From contig NC_087447.1 of NCBI RefSeq assembly GCF_036321535.1, positions 45,260,001 to 45,324,000 of the forward strand: DNA of 64,000 bases, in the 5' to 3' direction. A model generated the notes under the pieces. That model had not been told where the DNA came from. It did not search any database and saw only the letters and a program-made list of their open reading frames with translations. Both the position numbers and the translations under genes were made by a program. Of this stretch, positions 24,564 to 35,403 are shown in pieces. The stretch is from Camelus dromedarius (lineage: Eukaryota). The stretch's first letter is position 1. Every line of letters begins with the position of its first letter.

Positions 24564-25542
24564 ACTTATCAGTACATGTTCAGGTGGGTATAAAAATGGG
24601 AAGATATCTGAAATATATCATGTAAAGCCAATGAGTACTATCTGTCTTCTAAAATTCCGTGGTTGTGCTAGTGTTACGTGTGACCAGAGGAGCATGCAAT
24701 AATTTCTGTTCTGTATGATGTGAGATAATGCATTTGAATACCCGAGAGTGTAAGTGTGTACAGGCGTGTAAAACAATGTATGTGTTGGTACCCTTGTGTG
24801 ACCATGTGTGTGTGTGCATGCCCGTGTACATTCTGTGCAAAAGACATGCATTGCTTGCGTTTGTTCCCATTTTCTTGATGTTTATCCCTAGATTAGACAC
24901 ATTTAGGAAAACTTAACTGACATCCTTTTGGTCAAAACAAATGAAAAAAAAAGGGTATTTGGGTGGTGACAGAGCATGTTCTCCTTGGGGCAGATATTTT
25001 CAAAGTCGCTTTCTGTACTGAGGAAAATTTGAAACATTGATGATCTCTGCCCTTCTGGATTACCTACATTTGCGCACCAGTGGTTCAGGATAGAGGGTAA
25101 AACTGTCTTGTAGAATCCTTAGTGTCTGTTGGTGCTCAGAAAAGTCTTTCCATTTCTTTAGGACCTAGAAATAGTCTTGGAGTGAAAATGATATCAAAAA
25201 AAGTAGATACAAGACAGGCTGTATGCAAGACTTCTCGGAGACATCAACTTTAAATCTGGGTGGGGAGGAAGAGAGACGTTTACAGGGGAAGTAAGGAAAA
25301 GAAATCCTACTTATTAAATGCTTCTTTTGAATTCTCAGTTGGAAGGGAGAGAAATCAAAAGAATAGAATTCCTACTCACAGCCCATATATTTTCAGGATT
25401 ATTACGGATATCAGGTCATTCTCTAGCCTCTAGTCACCATCTCCTTTCACTGAATTTACCAAGAGGTTTGGGAAGAGGAATATGAAAGTTACTATGCCTG
25501 TATTTCAGAATAGAGCTTTATTTTATTTTCTTAATTTTAAAT

Positions 25543-25935
25543 ACAGATTTTTCCAACTTTATTGAGCTATTATTGACATACAACATTTATAAATTTAAGA
25601 TATACAGTGTAATGATTTCATGGACATATATATTACAAAATGATCACCACAGTAAGGCCAGTTAGCACCTCCATTTCCTTACATAATTACCATTTTTTGA
25701 ATGTGGTGATAACATTTAAGACCCCCTTTCTTAATGACTTTCCAGGACATATATTACTGTATTGCTAATTTTAGTCACCATGCTATAGTTAGACCCCCAG
25801 AGCTTATGCATCTTACAACTGGAAGTTTGTGTCCTTTGACTGACATCTTCTCGTTCTTCCCCCAAGCCTACCCCAGGCACCTGGCAACCACCATTCTACA
25901 CTCTACAGAGTGGAGCTTTAATTTTAAGATATCTA
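25543..25935 (-). mobile_element. L1 (L1MA-like) 3' UTR fragment
   Basis: ttttccaactttattgag...caaaatgatcaccacagtaag...ctggcaaccaccattctac is typical antisense L1MA 3' UTR. Confidence 0.7.
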
Positions 25936-27583
25936 ATACCATAAAAATGTGGTTACAGAGATATTTTGGACAAAAGCTGAGAATTCCTTTATGATGTGGT
26001 TTCTCAATTTGTACTGTTCTGATTCTTGCTTACTTTTCCTGGAGTCCGGCTGGTGCTGCTTAGGGACAAAGCCAGAGAAAGAGGAATCAGTAAAGAAGGC
26101 AGAGAAGAAGATGTCAAGGCTGGAGGAAAATTAGGGCGAAATGATGCCTTTTAAGTAAGAAGGCCATTCTAAAAGGGGAGTTACCACCGGTGTTGACTCT
26201 GGCAGGAAGGCCAAATGGATTAGGAGAGAGAATATTTTCATTAGATTTAGTGACAAAGAGGTCACAAATGATCACCCAGAAATTAGTTTCCGTTGGGAGG
26301 GTGCAGTGTGGAAGCCACAATACAATACATTGAGCAGTGCTAGAAAGTAAGGACAATAGATAGAACTCCTGAATTGGGGGATCTCAGAATGGACTAGAAA
26401 AACAGACCCAAGTTCCCCTTCCTTGGCATCCAGAGAGACAGTGTTTCAAGAAGTCTGGTTATGAATTGGAGAAGAGTAAATGAATGGCAGCTAAAGAAGG
26501 AAGGTTCTGTTTTTATGATGGGGTAGTCTTGCCCATGCTTATTGTGTAAAGGGAAAGAGACAGAAATTGAGAGGTTGAAGATGTGTATAATGGACTAATG
26601 GAAAAGGTCTCTGAAAGAAATGGCAAGAAATAGAATCCTAGAGGTGGAGGGTCTGGACTAGGAGAAGAAGAGATATCAGAAACCAAGAGGCAGGTGTAAG
26701 TTTAAAGTTTCAGTAGTGGTAAATAATATGTCTCCTTGTCTCTTTTCCAATAAAATACTTGCTTCTTTGTTTTTATCTAGCCATACACCTGGTTTGATTA
26801 TAGAACTGATCAAAGGTTGGGGTTTACTGCGTGAATGTAAAAGAGAGGAAAAGAAGAGATGAAGGTACCAGTCCTAGTGGGAGATTAGGTCAGAAAAAAG
26901 TGAGGAAGGAAAAGCTAATAGATGAATAGATGAGAAGAAAATGAAAGAATGAACAAAACTCTGAGAGTCAGTTCATGGGCATGAGAACGTAAGGGAGCTT
27001 ATAGTTTGAAGGCTATGATCAGAAGCTTAAAAAACAAACAAACAGAATTTAAGATTTTAAAGTTGGAACATGGGATTGGGAGGTTGAGGTGAAGTCTGAG
27101 TAACGGTATTGATTTTTTATCTTTAGAGGTTTCATCTTAGCCACCTCAAAAGTGTCCTCAAAGGCATGGGCAGTGTTTCCTTTCCCTGTACAGCTTACTT
27201 TCTTTTTTATTTTTTATTTTTCCCTCAAAATTCCCAGAATATGGCTTCTGGGGTAAGATGGGGAAGTAAAGGGGTAACGCAGTTTAAGGTGATCTTAGAG
27301 GCTTTTCTCACATTGTCTTTCGCTTGTCATTTTATGGGTACTCCCTCGTTCATCATACATTCACAGAGTTTATACTATGGTTGAGACAGGATACTGGGTT
27401 CTGGTGATACAGAAATAAATGCAACCTAGAGCTCATAGTCTAATAGGGGAAGCAGGACCATAAACAAACACTTTCAATCTCTGACCTTTTGTGTTGGAGA
27501 CAGGATGTCTGAAACAAAGTGAAGAGCTTTCCCAACACACTCTCTTGGGCACATCCCCATCTGTGTTCCCCCACCTGCCTGCC

Positions 27584-28561
27584 ATGTTGATCCTCAATGG
27601 CACCCCCTTCCAGCCAGCCACACTCCAGCTGACAGGCATTCCAGGGATGCAGGCGGGCCAAGCCTGGGTGGCCCTGGTTTTCTGCATCCTCTACCTGATC
27701 TCCATCATAGGCAACCTCACCATCCTTGCTCTGGTGATTAAGGAGTCTGCTCTGCGCCAGCCCATGTACTACTTCCTCTCTGTGCTCTCTCTCAATGACC
27801 TGGGAGTGTCCTTCTCTACTCTTCCCACTGTGCTCGCTACCTTCTGCTTCAACTATCGTCGTGTTGGCTTTGATGCCTGCTTGGTTCAGATGTTCTTCAT
27901 CCATACTTTCTCTTTTATGGAATCAGGCATACTACTGGCCATGAGCTTTGATCGTTTTGTGGCTATTTGTGACCCACTACGCTATGCAACCATGCTCCCC
28001 AACAACCGCATCATGGCTATGGGCCTGTGCATCCTTGCCAAAAGTTTCACCACTCTCTTCCCTTTCCCCTTTTTGGTAAAACGACTGCCCTTCTGCAAGG
28101 GCAATGTTTTGCATCACTCGTTCTGCCTCCATCCAGATCTCATGAAAGTGGCATGTGGAGACATTCATGTTAATAACATCTATGGACTCTTCGTGGTCGT
28201 TTTCACCTATGGCATAGACTCAACTTTCATCCTGCTTTCCTATGTATTGATCCTGAGAGCTGTGCTGGCCATTGCATCCCAGGNNNNNNNNNNNNNNNNN
28301 NNNNNNNNNNNNNNNNNNNNNNNNNNNNNNNNNNNNNNNNNNNNNNNNNNNNNNNNNNNNNNNNNNNNNNNNNNNNNNNNNNNNNNNNNNNNNNNNNNNN
28401 NNNNNNNNNNNNNNNNNNNNNNNNNNNNNNNNNNNNNNNNNNNNNNNCTCAACCCCATCATTTACAGTGTGAAAACAAGGGAGATACGCAGAGGGATACT
28501 CAAAGCCTTCTATAAATCTCAGAGCTTAGGAAGGCTGCGGACCTTGAGAGAACTATCTTAA
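27584..28561 (+). CDS. OR51I1: Olfactory receptor 51I1; TM6-TM7 hidden by a 164-N gap; C-terminus extended
   Basis: ATG in gccATG at 27584. MLILNGTPFQPATLQLTGIPG and HPDLMKVACGDIHVNNIYG match recalled human OR51I1. The frame is preserved across the gap into LNPIIYSVKT. Confidence 0.9.
   Translation: MLILNGTPFQPATLQLTGIPGMQAGQAWVALVFCILYLISIIGNLTILALVIKESALRQPMYYFLSVLSLNDLGVSFSTLPTVLATFCFNYRRVGFDACLVQMFFIHTFSFMESGILLAMSFDRFVAICDPLRYATMLPNNRIMAMGLCILAKSFTTLFPFPFLVKRLPFCKGNVLHHSFCLHPDLMKVACGDIHVNNIYGLFVVVFTYGIDSTFILLSYVLILRAVLAIASQXXXXXXXXXXXXXXXXXXXXXXXXXXXXXXXXXXXXXXXXXXXXXXXXXXXXXXXLNPIIYSVKTREIRRGILKAFYKSQSLGRLRTLRELS
28284..28447. other. Assembly gap (164 N) inside OR51I1
   Basis: N-run. 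Confidence 1.
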
Positions 28562-29357
28562 AGAAAGGACTGGGCTTGTTTGTCATCTTTAGGAATGCTA
28601 AAACAAGGAGGAGAAGAACCAAGATCTTGGGAGTTGTGAATATGGAACTAATAAAAAAATCTGACTCTATAAAATGACATAAATATGTATTGAACATTTA
28701 CTATATGAAAAATTTTGTACTAGTTGCTAAGAATGCTATAACAGTGAGTGAAACATATTGTTAAGTGAGAGATACATGCTGGGAAATACACAAAAAAAGG
28801 ATAAAGATACCCTGAACATGTTTAACATATATGACAATCATGGATTTACAGTGCAGATAGCTTTGAACAGAGATAATTCTGCTACTACCCAGTGCAAGGA
28901 AAACACAAATAAATTTCTGTGGCAGCTTGGCGCTTCATGGGAGAGAGAGGACCTATTGTTTTGTGGAGATCAAAATAAGTTTTTTCTGTGTGTTTGTAAG
29001 TACCTTGTGAAGGATGAGAAGAGTTAGAGTAGTTGGTCAGGGTGACAGGAAGAAGGGAAGATAATGATTTTCGCATAGGTAGCTGCCTGAGAAAAGATAT
29101 TTAGGCAAGAAAGTTTAGAACCTTACTATCCCAAGCATAGTCTGATGATCTACAGCATTGCTCTATTTGGTGTTTTTTTAGAGAAACAGAAACGTAGTCC
29201 ACACATAAGACCTACTGAACTCAAATTGCATTTAATAAGGCCCTGGAGTAATGAAAGCTGAGAAGCGAAGTGCTTCAATTTTGTAACACCTCAGGTTATC
29301 TTGCCTATCTGATGTGTAACAAAGATAACAAGATTCCTGACTAACAAGTGATCTGGA

Positions 29358-29546
29358 AAGCGGTTCTCAAAGTGTGATTCCCAGACCAGCACCATCACCA
29401 TTGTTTGGGAAATTTTTAGGCATGCAAATTCTCAGGCATTTCCTCAGACACCCTGATCAGAAACTCCTAGGTGGTGAAGTACGGAAATTTGGGTTTTCAT
29501 TAGTCCTCCAAGCAGTTCTAATATCTGTTAAAGTTTGAGAATCTTT
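29358..29546. mobile_element. MER5A hAT-Charlie element
   Basis: agcggttctcaaagtgtgattcccagaccagcaccatc...aagtttgagaatc. Confidence 0.75.
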
Positions 29547-31764
29547 AATCTAGAATATTGGTCTAGAATATTTGGGAGATTTGCGAACAGCTTTATTTAA
29601 AGGGGGAGGTTTCATTTTGAGAAGCTCTGGAAACAAGAACCTGGGAGATTGTCTAAGTCAGATTGTGGGTGGATGTCAATGCTGGAGGAACCCGAGTGCA
29701 TGACAACTAGGCATATGGTGTTGGTGGCAAAGGGAAACGCAGACTTAGAGCCTACTATCTCCATGAGGTGGCACAGACGGGACACAGAAATAACTTCACA
29801 GAGGAAGCTTCACAGACAAACAATCTCCAGCCACTTCGCCATCACACAGAGGCTCCTGCCCCATCATGCGATTCTCTTCTTCTCCCAATTTCCACCCCCT
29901 GAAATCCCAACCTACCTGATATCCAAAATTTAGGTAAAATCCAATGATAATTCTGCCCTCTAAGCAAAGAGAACCTAGAGGGGGAAAATCAATTGGTTGT
30001 TACTATGAGATACAGGATCAGCAAGATTTCTTGGAGTGGAACTTGAATGTATACAAGCTTCTGATCAAAGCCTCTCTGAGACTTCTTTTTTCTTTTCTAC
30101 AAAGTCTATTAACTTCCTTCTGGAGAGTATCCTCCTCCCTTAAATGGAAAATGTTTACTCTGGTTGTATGTTTCCACACCAAACATATACCTGCATTGTG
30201 TCTACCTTTGCTGTGCTCCATGGTGGAAATTTTGATTTCCAAACCACAGTACAAATTTATTTCCCTATTTAAGCTCTATGGGGGAACTGCTTTATAATTT
30301 TACCATAAATGATATTTAACATTTATAATATATCCCTTTTGTTGGGATTTGCACAGACATTATGTTTGGCGTATCACTCTCAGAGTGAGCAAATACTCTG
30401 TTTTCTCTGACTTCTTTTCTCATTTAGTGGAGGCAGAACTAAGCCTTGAAAGAACTTTTCAAAAGTGAAAAAAAAAAAGGTCAAATCTAAAATCCTACAA
30501 ATAGCACAGTGTTCGGTGTGCCTAGTACATGTGAATTAAATAAACAACCAAATGCTAATTAAATAAATGAAGGAATTGGATCCAAGCTGATTTATTTCCC
30601 TTTATTCTGCCTCCAATGGCACAGCGAGAGTCACGTTGCTCTGTGGCTTCTCAGAGCCCCCCTCCCCTCACCAGGAACTGCTGCTCAGTCTGAGACACCA
30701 TATCGGTCCCTTTCTTTTCCCATAATTCTATGACCTTATTCACAAGGTTGTTTTCTGCATTCTCCTGAATTTCATTCTCTTTTTCCTAACTCATCAATTT
30801 TAACCCAACCAGTTCTACAATCAGGGAAAGCAGAGCATTTTTCAAACTGCTTCTCTAAGACAGTTCAAAATTTTATACGGTGAAAGGAAAATTTTCTCTA
30901 TGTCCGGCTTCTGTTTTCATCCCCTACCCACAGGAAAAGAAGAGAGCTCTCCCAGTATTCTTTTCCTTGATACACACTTACTCCATATGAAACCGAAGAA
31001 AAGAGGAGGTAAGATGTGCTATTTAATGGGAAGACTAGGTATCTGGGAAAATAAACAATTTGGAATGCCTAAGACTGAAACCTGCAGCAGATCTTCTGAC
31101 AGGCGTAATTATCACGTGTGGTACAATCACATTAAAAGAAAGTCACTTTCTTCTTTTTATTTGAATCTCCCCCGTAGATAGGATCTATTCTCTTTACAGA
31201 TCAGGTTCCAAGTTGAAACAATACTAATGTCATGAAATCATGAAGCCAACAGATGGCAAAGCTAGGACTCAAACCCACGTCTGTGTGAGTTTGGACCCCA
31301 TGCCCTTTCAATACCCTGCGATGTCTCTCCTGGAAGAGACCTCAGTCCTACGGAACTTGGTAGAGAGTTGGGTGGGAGATGGTGGGACTGGGAGCTGAGC
31401 AGGGAACAGCAGTGGTAAGTCAGTAAGGCAGCCGTGGTCATATATTCTATTGGTTAAATCCTGGGATGGCTTTACATTTCAAGTTCTGTTCTCCTGGCTC
31501 TGAGTTCTGAATTTTGCCCATTGGGCCTAAACTTGAGGTTCTGCCTGGAATATGAGTTTTCAGCCCAGAATTCAGGGATCTAAGCGGGGTCTGGGCTCGG
31601 AGCTCTGACTCTGAGCCTGGATAATTGATGTGGGAGGGCTGTTGCTATGGAGCTTGGGGGAATCTGTCTCCATCCTCCTCTTCATCACAAGGAAGGAGCT
31701 GGAATTTTATTTTCTCTGAGAAGAGAGGAAAGTACTTCCAGGGGGAGTATTTTTTGTTTTCTTT

Positions 31765-32022
31765 TGTTCCCAGGGTGAGATCTAATCCCCCTCCTTTCCC
31801 CGTGGTCAGCACAGCATCACACGCAGGAAAACCAGGACCCCAGAGGCCCTGGCCCCTGGGAACTCTCATTCAGAGACATACAGCCCGCCCGTCTCTTGGC
31901 TAGTGCCTGCCTGAGGCCCATTCTGGAGCCACTGTGAGCTCTGGCTTCTGTCTGTCAACTCAACTCTCACTTCACAGAACTCTTTCAGGCGGGTGTGAAT
32001 CTATTTGCGTCTCCAGGTATGT
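31765..32022 (+). promoter_or_regulatory. Putative promoter / first exon of OR51K1
   Basis: O/E-like TTCCCAGGGT and CCCCTGGGAA, plus TAATCC. Strong donor CAG|GTATGT with GT at 32017 (alternative ACT|GTGAGC at 31934). Pairs with the acceptor at 34424. Confidence 0.5.
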
Positions 32023-32651
32023 GCGCAAGAAATGTGTTTCTGTGTCAGTTCTCTCTGCTCCGCTGTGTGGTTCCCTCAGTCTCTCTCAGGTCTCTGGATC
32101 TTTGAGTGAGTCTCTGTCCACGCGTGTGTGTGAGTTTGTATATTTGCTATGATTTGTTTGGCCTATGATGGAGGTGGAGATGTCTTTAAAAAAGGAAAAA
32201 ATTCTCAAAATCTGATTTTTTGTGTCTATTTTCTTAAAAAGAAATAATATACATCCTGATGCCCTGTGTCCTCCCAGACACTTTCAGATAGAGCTGCCGA
32301 CACTGCTCTGCAGGGAAAGACACGTGCTAGTCACATGACGGGATTGACGTCTTGCCTCTGTTCTATTTCACACAGGTCCAAAGTCATGATATTCTCAGGG
32401 TCACAGACTAAGAGAGATTTTTTACCTTCTGGAACATCCTGCCCAAGGGCAGGAGAGTTGAAAGGGACCTTAATCCCAGTTCAGCAGATGCTGGAATTCT
32501 CCCTCCAGCATTCCCATCAAAGGTCATTCAGCTGTTGCAGTTGTGGCTTGAATATCTTCACTGAACAGAAATTTATTACTTCATCATGTAGCTTTGACTC
32601 TCAGAGAAAGAATCTTCCTTACCTGTGCCCTAGACCATCCCCTGTCATCTC

Positions 32652-33654
32652 TGTTGTGGGCACGCAACATGGTGACAGTGACACGGAGGTTGGTGTCGAC
32701 TAAAATAAATGTGTACCCTGAAAGTTGAGAGTTATGTTTTATTTGGCGGGAGGACTCGAGCCGGGATGACAGCCTCTCAGATGGCTCTGAGGGACTGCTC
32801 CGAAGAGGTAGGGGAGGGGCTAGGACATGTAGGACAAAGACCAGGTAGTTGGAACAATAAAAGATCACTTGTTATCTAGAGAAAACCAGGCATCTCAAGT
32901 TAAAGAATTTGGTGCTTTTCTATGTGAGAAAGCAAACATTTGGGCTCACTGAATTCATTCCTTTGACAAGCACCTAGCTATCTAGGGCCAGTATCCTGTC
33001 CTTTCTTATTCTGAGTCCCCTCAGAGGGCACCATTGGAGCGGCTGCAGAGGCCAGGCTGCAGGCTTGTCTTCACTGGGGGGTGGCGGCAGCCGCTGATGA
33101 CCTGACACCTGACGGCTTCAGCATTCTTTGTGTACTGATATGGTTTGCAGTGCTTTTCGTTCACATTGGTAAAGAACTACCAGAGACTGAGAAAAGTTTA
33201 GGAAAGTTTAATAGACACGTTGCTACAGGCAACAGTGGGCCACACAGGTGACAGCTGCCTGCATGAGGGCCCAGGATGGGCGTGCAGGGTCTTTTATTGG
33301 GGGGAGGGGGCTGTGCACACAAGGAGTAGGGGCTACCTGATCAGTTTGTGCACAGGCACCTGATTGGTTGTAAGATCTGTCAGGGATTTCTCTGAACAAT
33401 AGGTTTTCTGACTTTGATAAGGGCAGAATGTGAGGCCAGTGCCCTAGGCTATTGTGGGGCTATCTCCAGGGATGATGAGTTTTGTTAGGGAAAACACACA
33501 TCAAGAGAAGATGTTTTATATCTTGCAGAAATGCAGGTATGCGAAGGGTCCTGCAGTGGAGAGTTGGGGTTAAGGTGTCAAAGGCTACAAGCACACAGGC
33601 ACACAGAGAGCCCAGGGGTGGGGGTTTTATGACACCAGAGAGGGCCAGCTGTCA
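32652..33654 (-). mobile_element. Older solo LTR (outer, interrupted by the ERV1 LTR)
   Basis: tgttgtggg...ctgtca termini with a 5-bp TSD ATCTC (32647-32651 and 33655-33659). About 530 bp once the inner element is removed. ATTAAA on the minus strand near 33207. Confidence 0.6.
32694..33165 (-). mobile_element. Solo ERV1-type LTR (inner, nested)
   Basis: TG...CA termini (tgtcgac...ttcaca), 4-bp TSD TTGG (32690-32693 and 33166-33169), and AATAAA on the minus strand near 32745. Confidence 0.8.
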
Positions 33655-34452
33655 ATCTCCACCCGTCACCCACTTCCTCTTACACCCATCCCCACCCATC
33701 TCTGCTGCAGTCTCCTCTTCTCAAAACAAAACATCACTGGTTCCTTCAATGCTCTTTCTAGGACTTGGTTCTCCTTGCCTTTGAGTGCTTCCCAATTGGT
33801 TTAACTCTGATCTAGAATATGGAACCCATACTCCGCTCAGAATGGGCCTCAGGCAGGCACTTTCTGAATGTACTTCAGTTATAGCCCTGAGCAGTGTGTT
33901 CATGGTTTCATTAATTCATGAATTCTTGAGCATGTCTTTGTGCTAGAATCAAGAAGTGGTGGGGAGGCAAGAATGAATGAGGCACGCGTTTAACCCTAAA
34001 AGAGCCCGAACTATGACTGGGGGAACAGGGGTAAAAGTACTTCCCCAAAAATAAAAAGTATGTATAAAATATTACAAGTCATGGATGAAATTTTATTATT
34101 TCTGCTTAAACAGTGATAGGAAAAGCTGCAGATAAAAATAAAGGTTTTGAATATGAATGATAGTAAGAATTCAAAAACAAGAAAGAGAAAGAAAATAAAA
34201 GTAAGAAAAAAAGAAAACATTGCACTGTAGATGCACATTTTAGAACATATTATCTTCTGAAGAAAATATTCTTGCTCACGATGCCTAAAGCCCTGACTAT
34301 CCATGGGACATCCTGACAGGAGGACTTGAAGTAAGTGAATTAAGTCAGTTTCTTTGAGTAGCTAAATAAATTTAAGGTAGGTGAGAGCTAACTTTTGTTT
34401 TTGTTTTTGTTTTCCAAATGTCAGGTGAAGACTGATCTCTGCTGTTGGTGAC

Positions 34453-35403
34453 ATGAAAGCTGAGAGCAATGAAAGTCTTGACCTCTTATCTGTCTTCCTG
34501 ACTGGCATTCCAGGATTGGAAGCCCAACACGGCTGGCTCTCCATCCCCTTCTTCACCACGTACACTGTGGCCATTGTGGGCAACAGCCTAATCATGGCAG
34601 CAGTGCAGGCAGACCCTGCCTTACATGAGCCCATGTACTTGTTTCTCTCCATGTTGGCTGTCACTGAGGTGGGTGTCTCTGTGTCTACACTGCCCACTGT
34701 CATGGGCATTCTTTGGTTTGATACCCGCCAGATTGACTTTGATGGCTGCCTGGCCCAGATGTTCTTCATTCACACCTTCTCTTGCATGGAGTCAGGGGTC
34801 CTACTGGCCATGAGCTACGATCGCTTTGTAGCCATCTACAACCCACTGCGATATACAGCCATCCTGACCCTGCCCCGTATCATCTCCATGGGTCTGGGCA
34901 TCACTGTGAAGAGTGTGACTCTCATGGCTCCCCTTTCAATCCTTTTGAGGCAACTGCCCTATTGCCACACTAACGTCCTCTCCCACTCTTACTGCCTCCA
35001 CTCAGACCTGATCCAGCTGCCTTGTGCTGATACTAAGCTCAATAGCATCCTGGGTTTGGCCATTGTCTTGGCCACTTTTGGGCTGGACTCACTGCTCATT
35101 GTGATTTCTTATATGCTGATTCTTTACACAGTGCTGGGCATTGCTTCTGGGGAGGGACGATGGAAGGCCCTCAATACGTGTGTGTCACACATCGGTGCGG
35201 TGCTTGTGTACTATGTGCCTATGATTGGTGTGTCTGTGATGCATTGTGCTGCCAAGCATGCCTCACCTCTGGTCCACACACTCATGTCTAGCATCTACCT
35301 CTTTGTGCCCCCTGTACTCAACCCCATCATCTACAGCGTCAAGACCAAGCCAATCCGACAGGGAATTGCCACCTTGTTTTCCTGTGAGAGAGAATTACTC
35401 TGA
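34453..35403 (+). CDS. OR51K1: Olfactory receptor 51K1 (316 aa)
   Basis: Full 7TM OR motifs (GN, LHEPMY, MSYDRFVAIY, KALNTCVSH, PPVLNPIIY). It sits between OR51I1 and OR51Q1, as human OR51K1P does. Branch point CTAAC at 34388, pyrimidine tract, and AG at 34423-34424. Confidence 0.9.
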   Translation: MKAESNESLDLLSVFLTGIPGLEAQHGWLSIPFFTTYTVAIVGNSLIMAAVQADPALHEPMYLFLSMLAVTEVGVSVSTLPTVMGILWFDTRQIDFDGCLAQMFFIHTFSCMESGVLLAMSYDRFVAIYNPLRYTAILTLPRIISMGLGITVKSVTLMAPLSILLRQLPYCHTNVLSHSYCLHSDLIQLPCADTKLNSILGLAIVLATFGLDSLLIVISYMLILYTVLGIASGEGRWKALNTCVSHIGAVLVYYVPMIGVSVMHCAAKHASPLVHTLMSSIYLFVPPVLNPIIYSVKTKPIRQGIATLFSCERELL

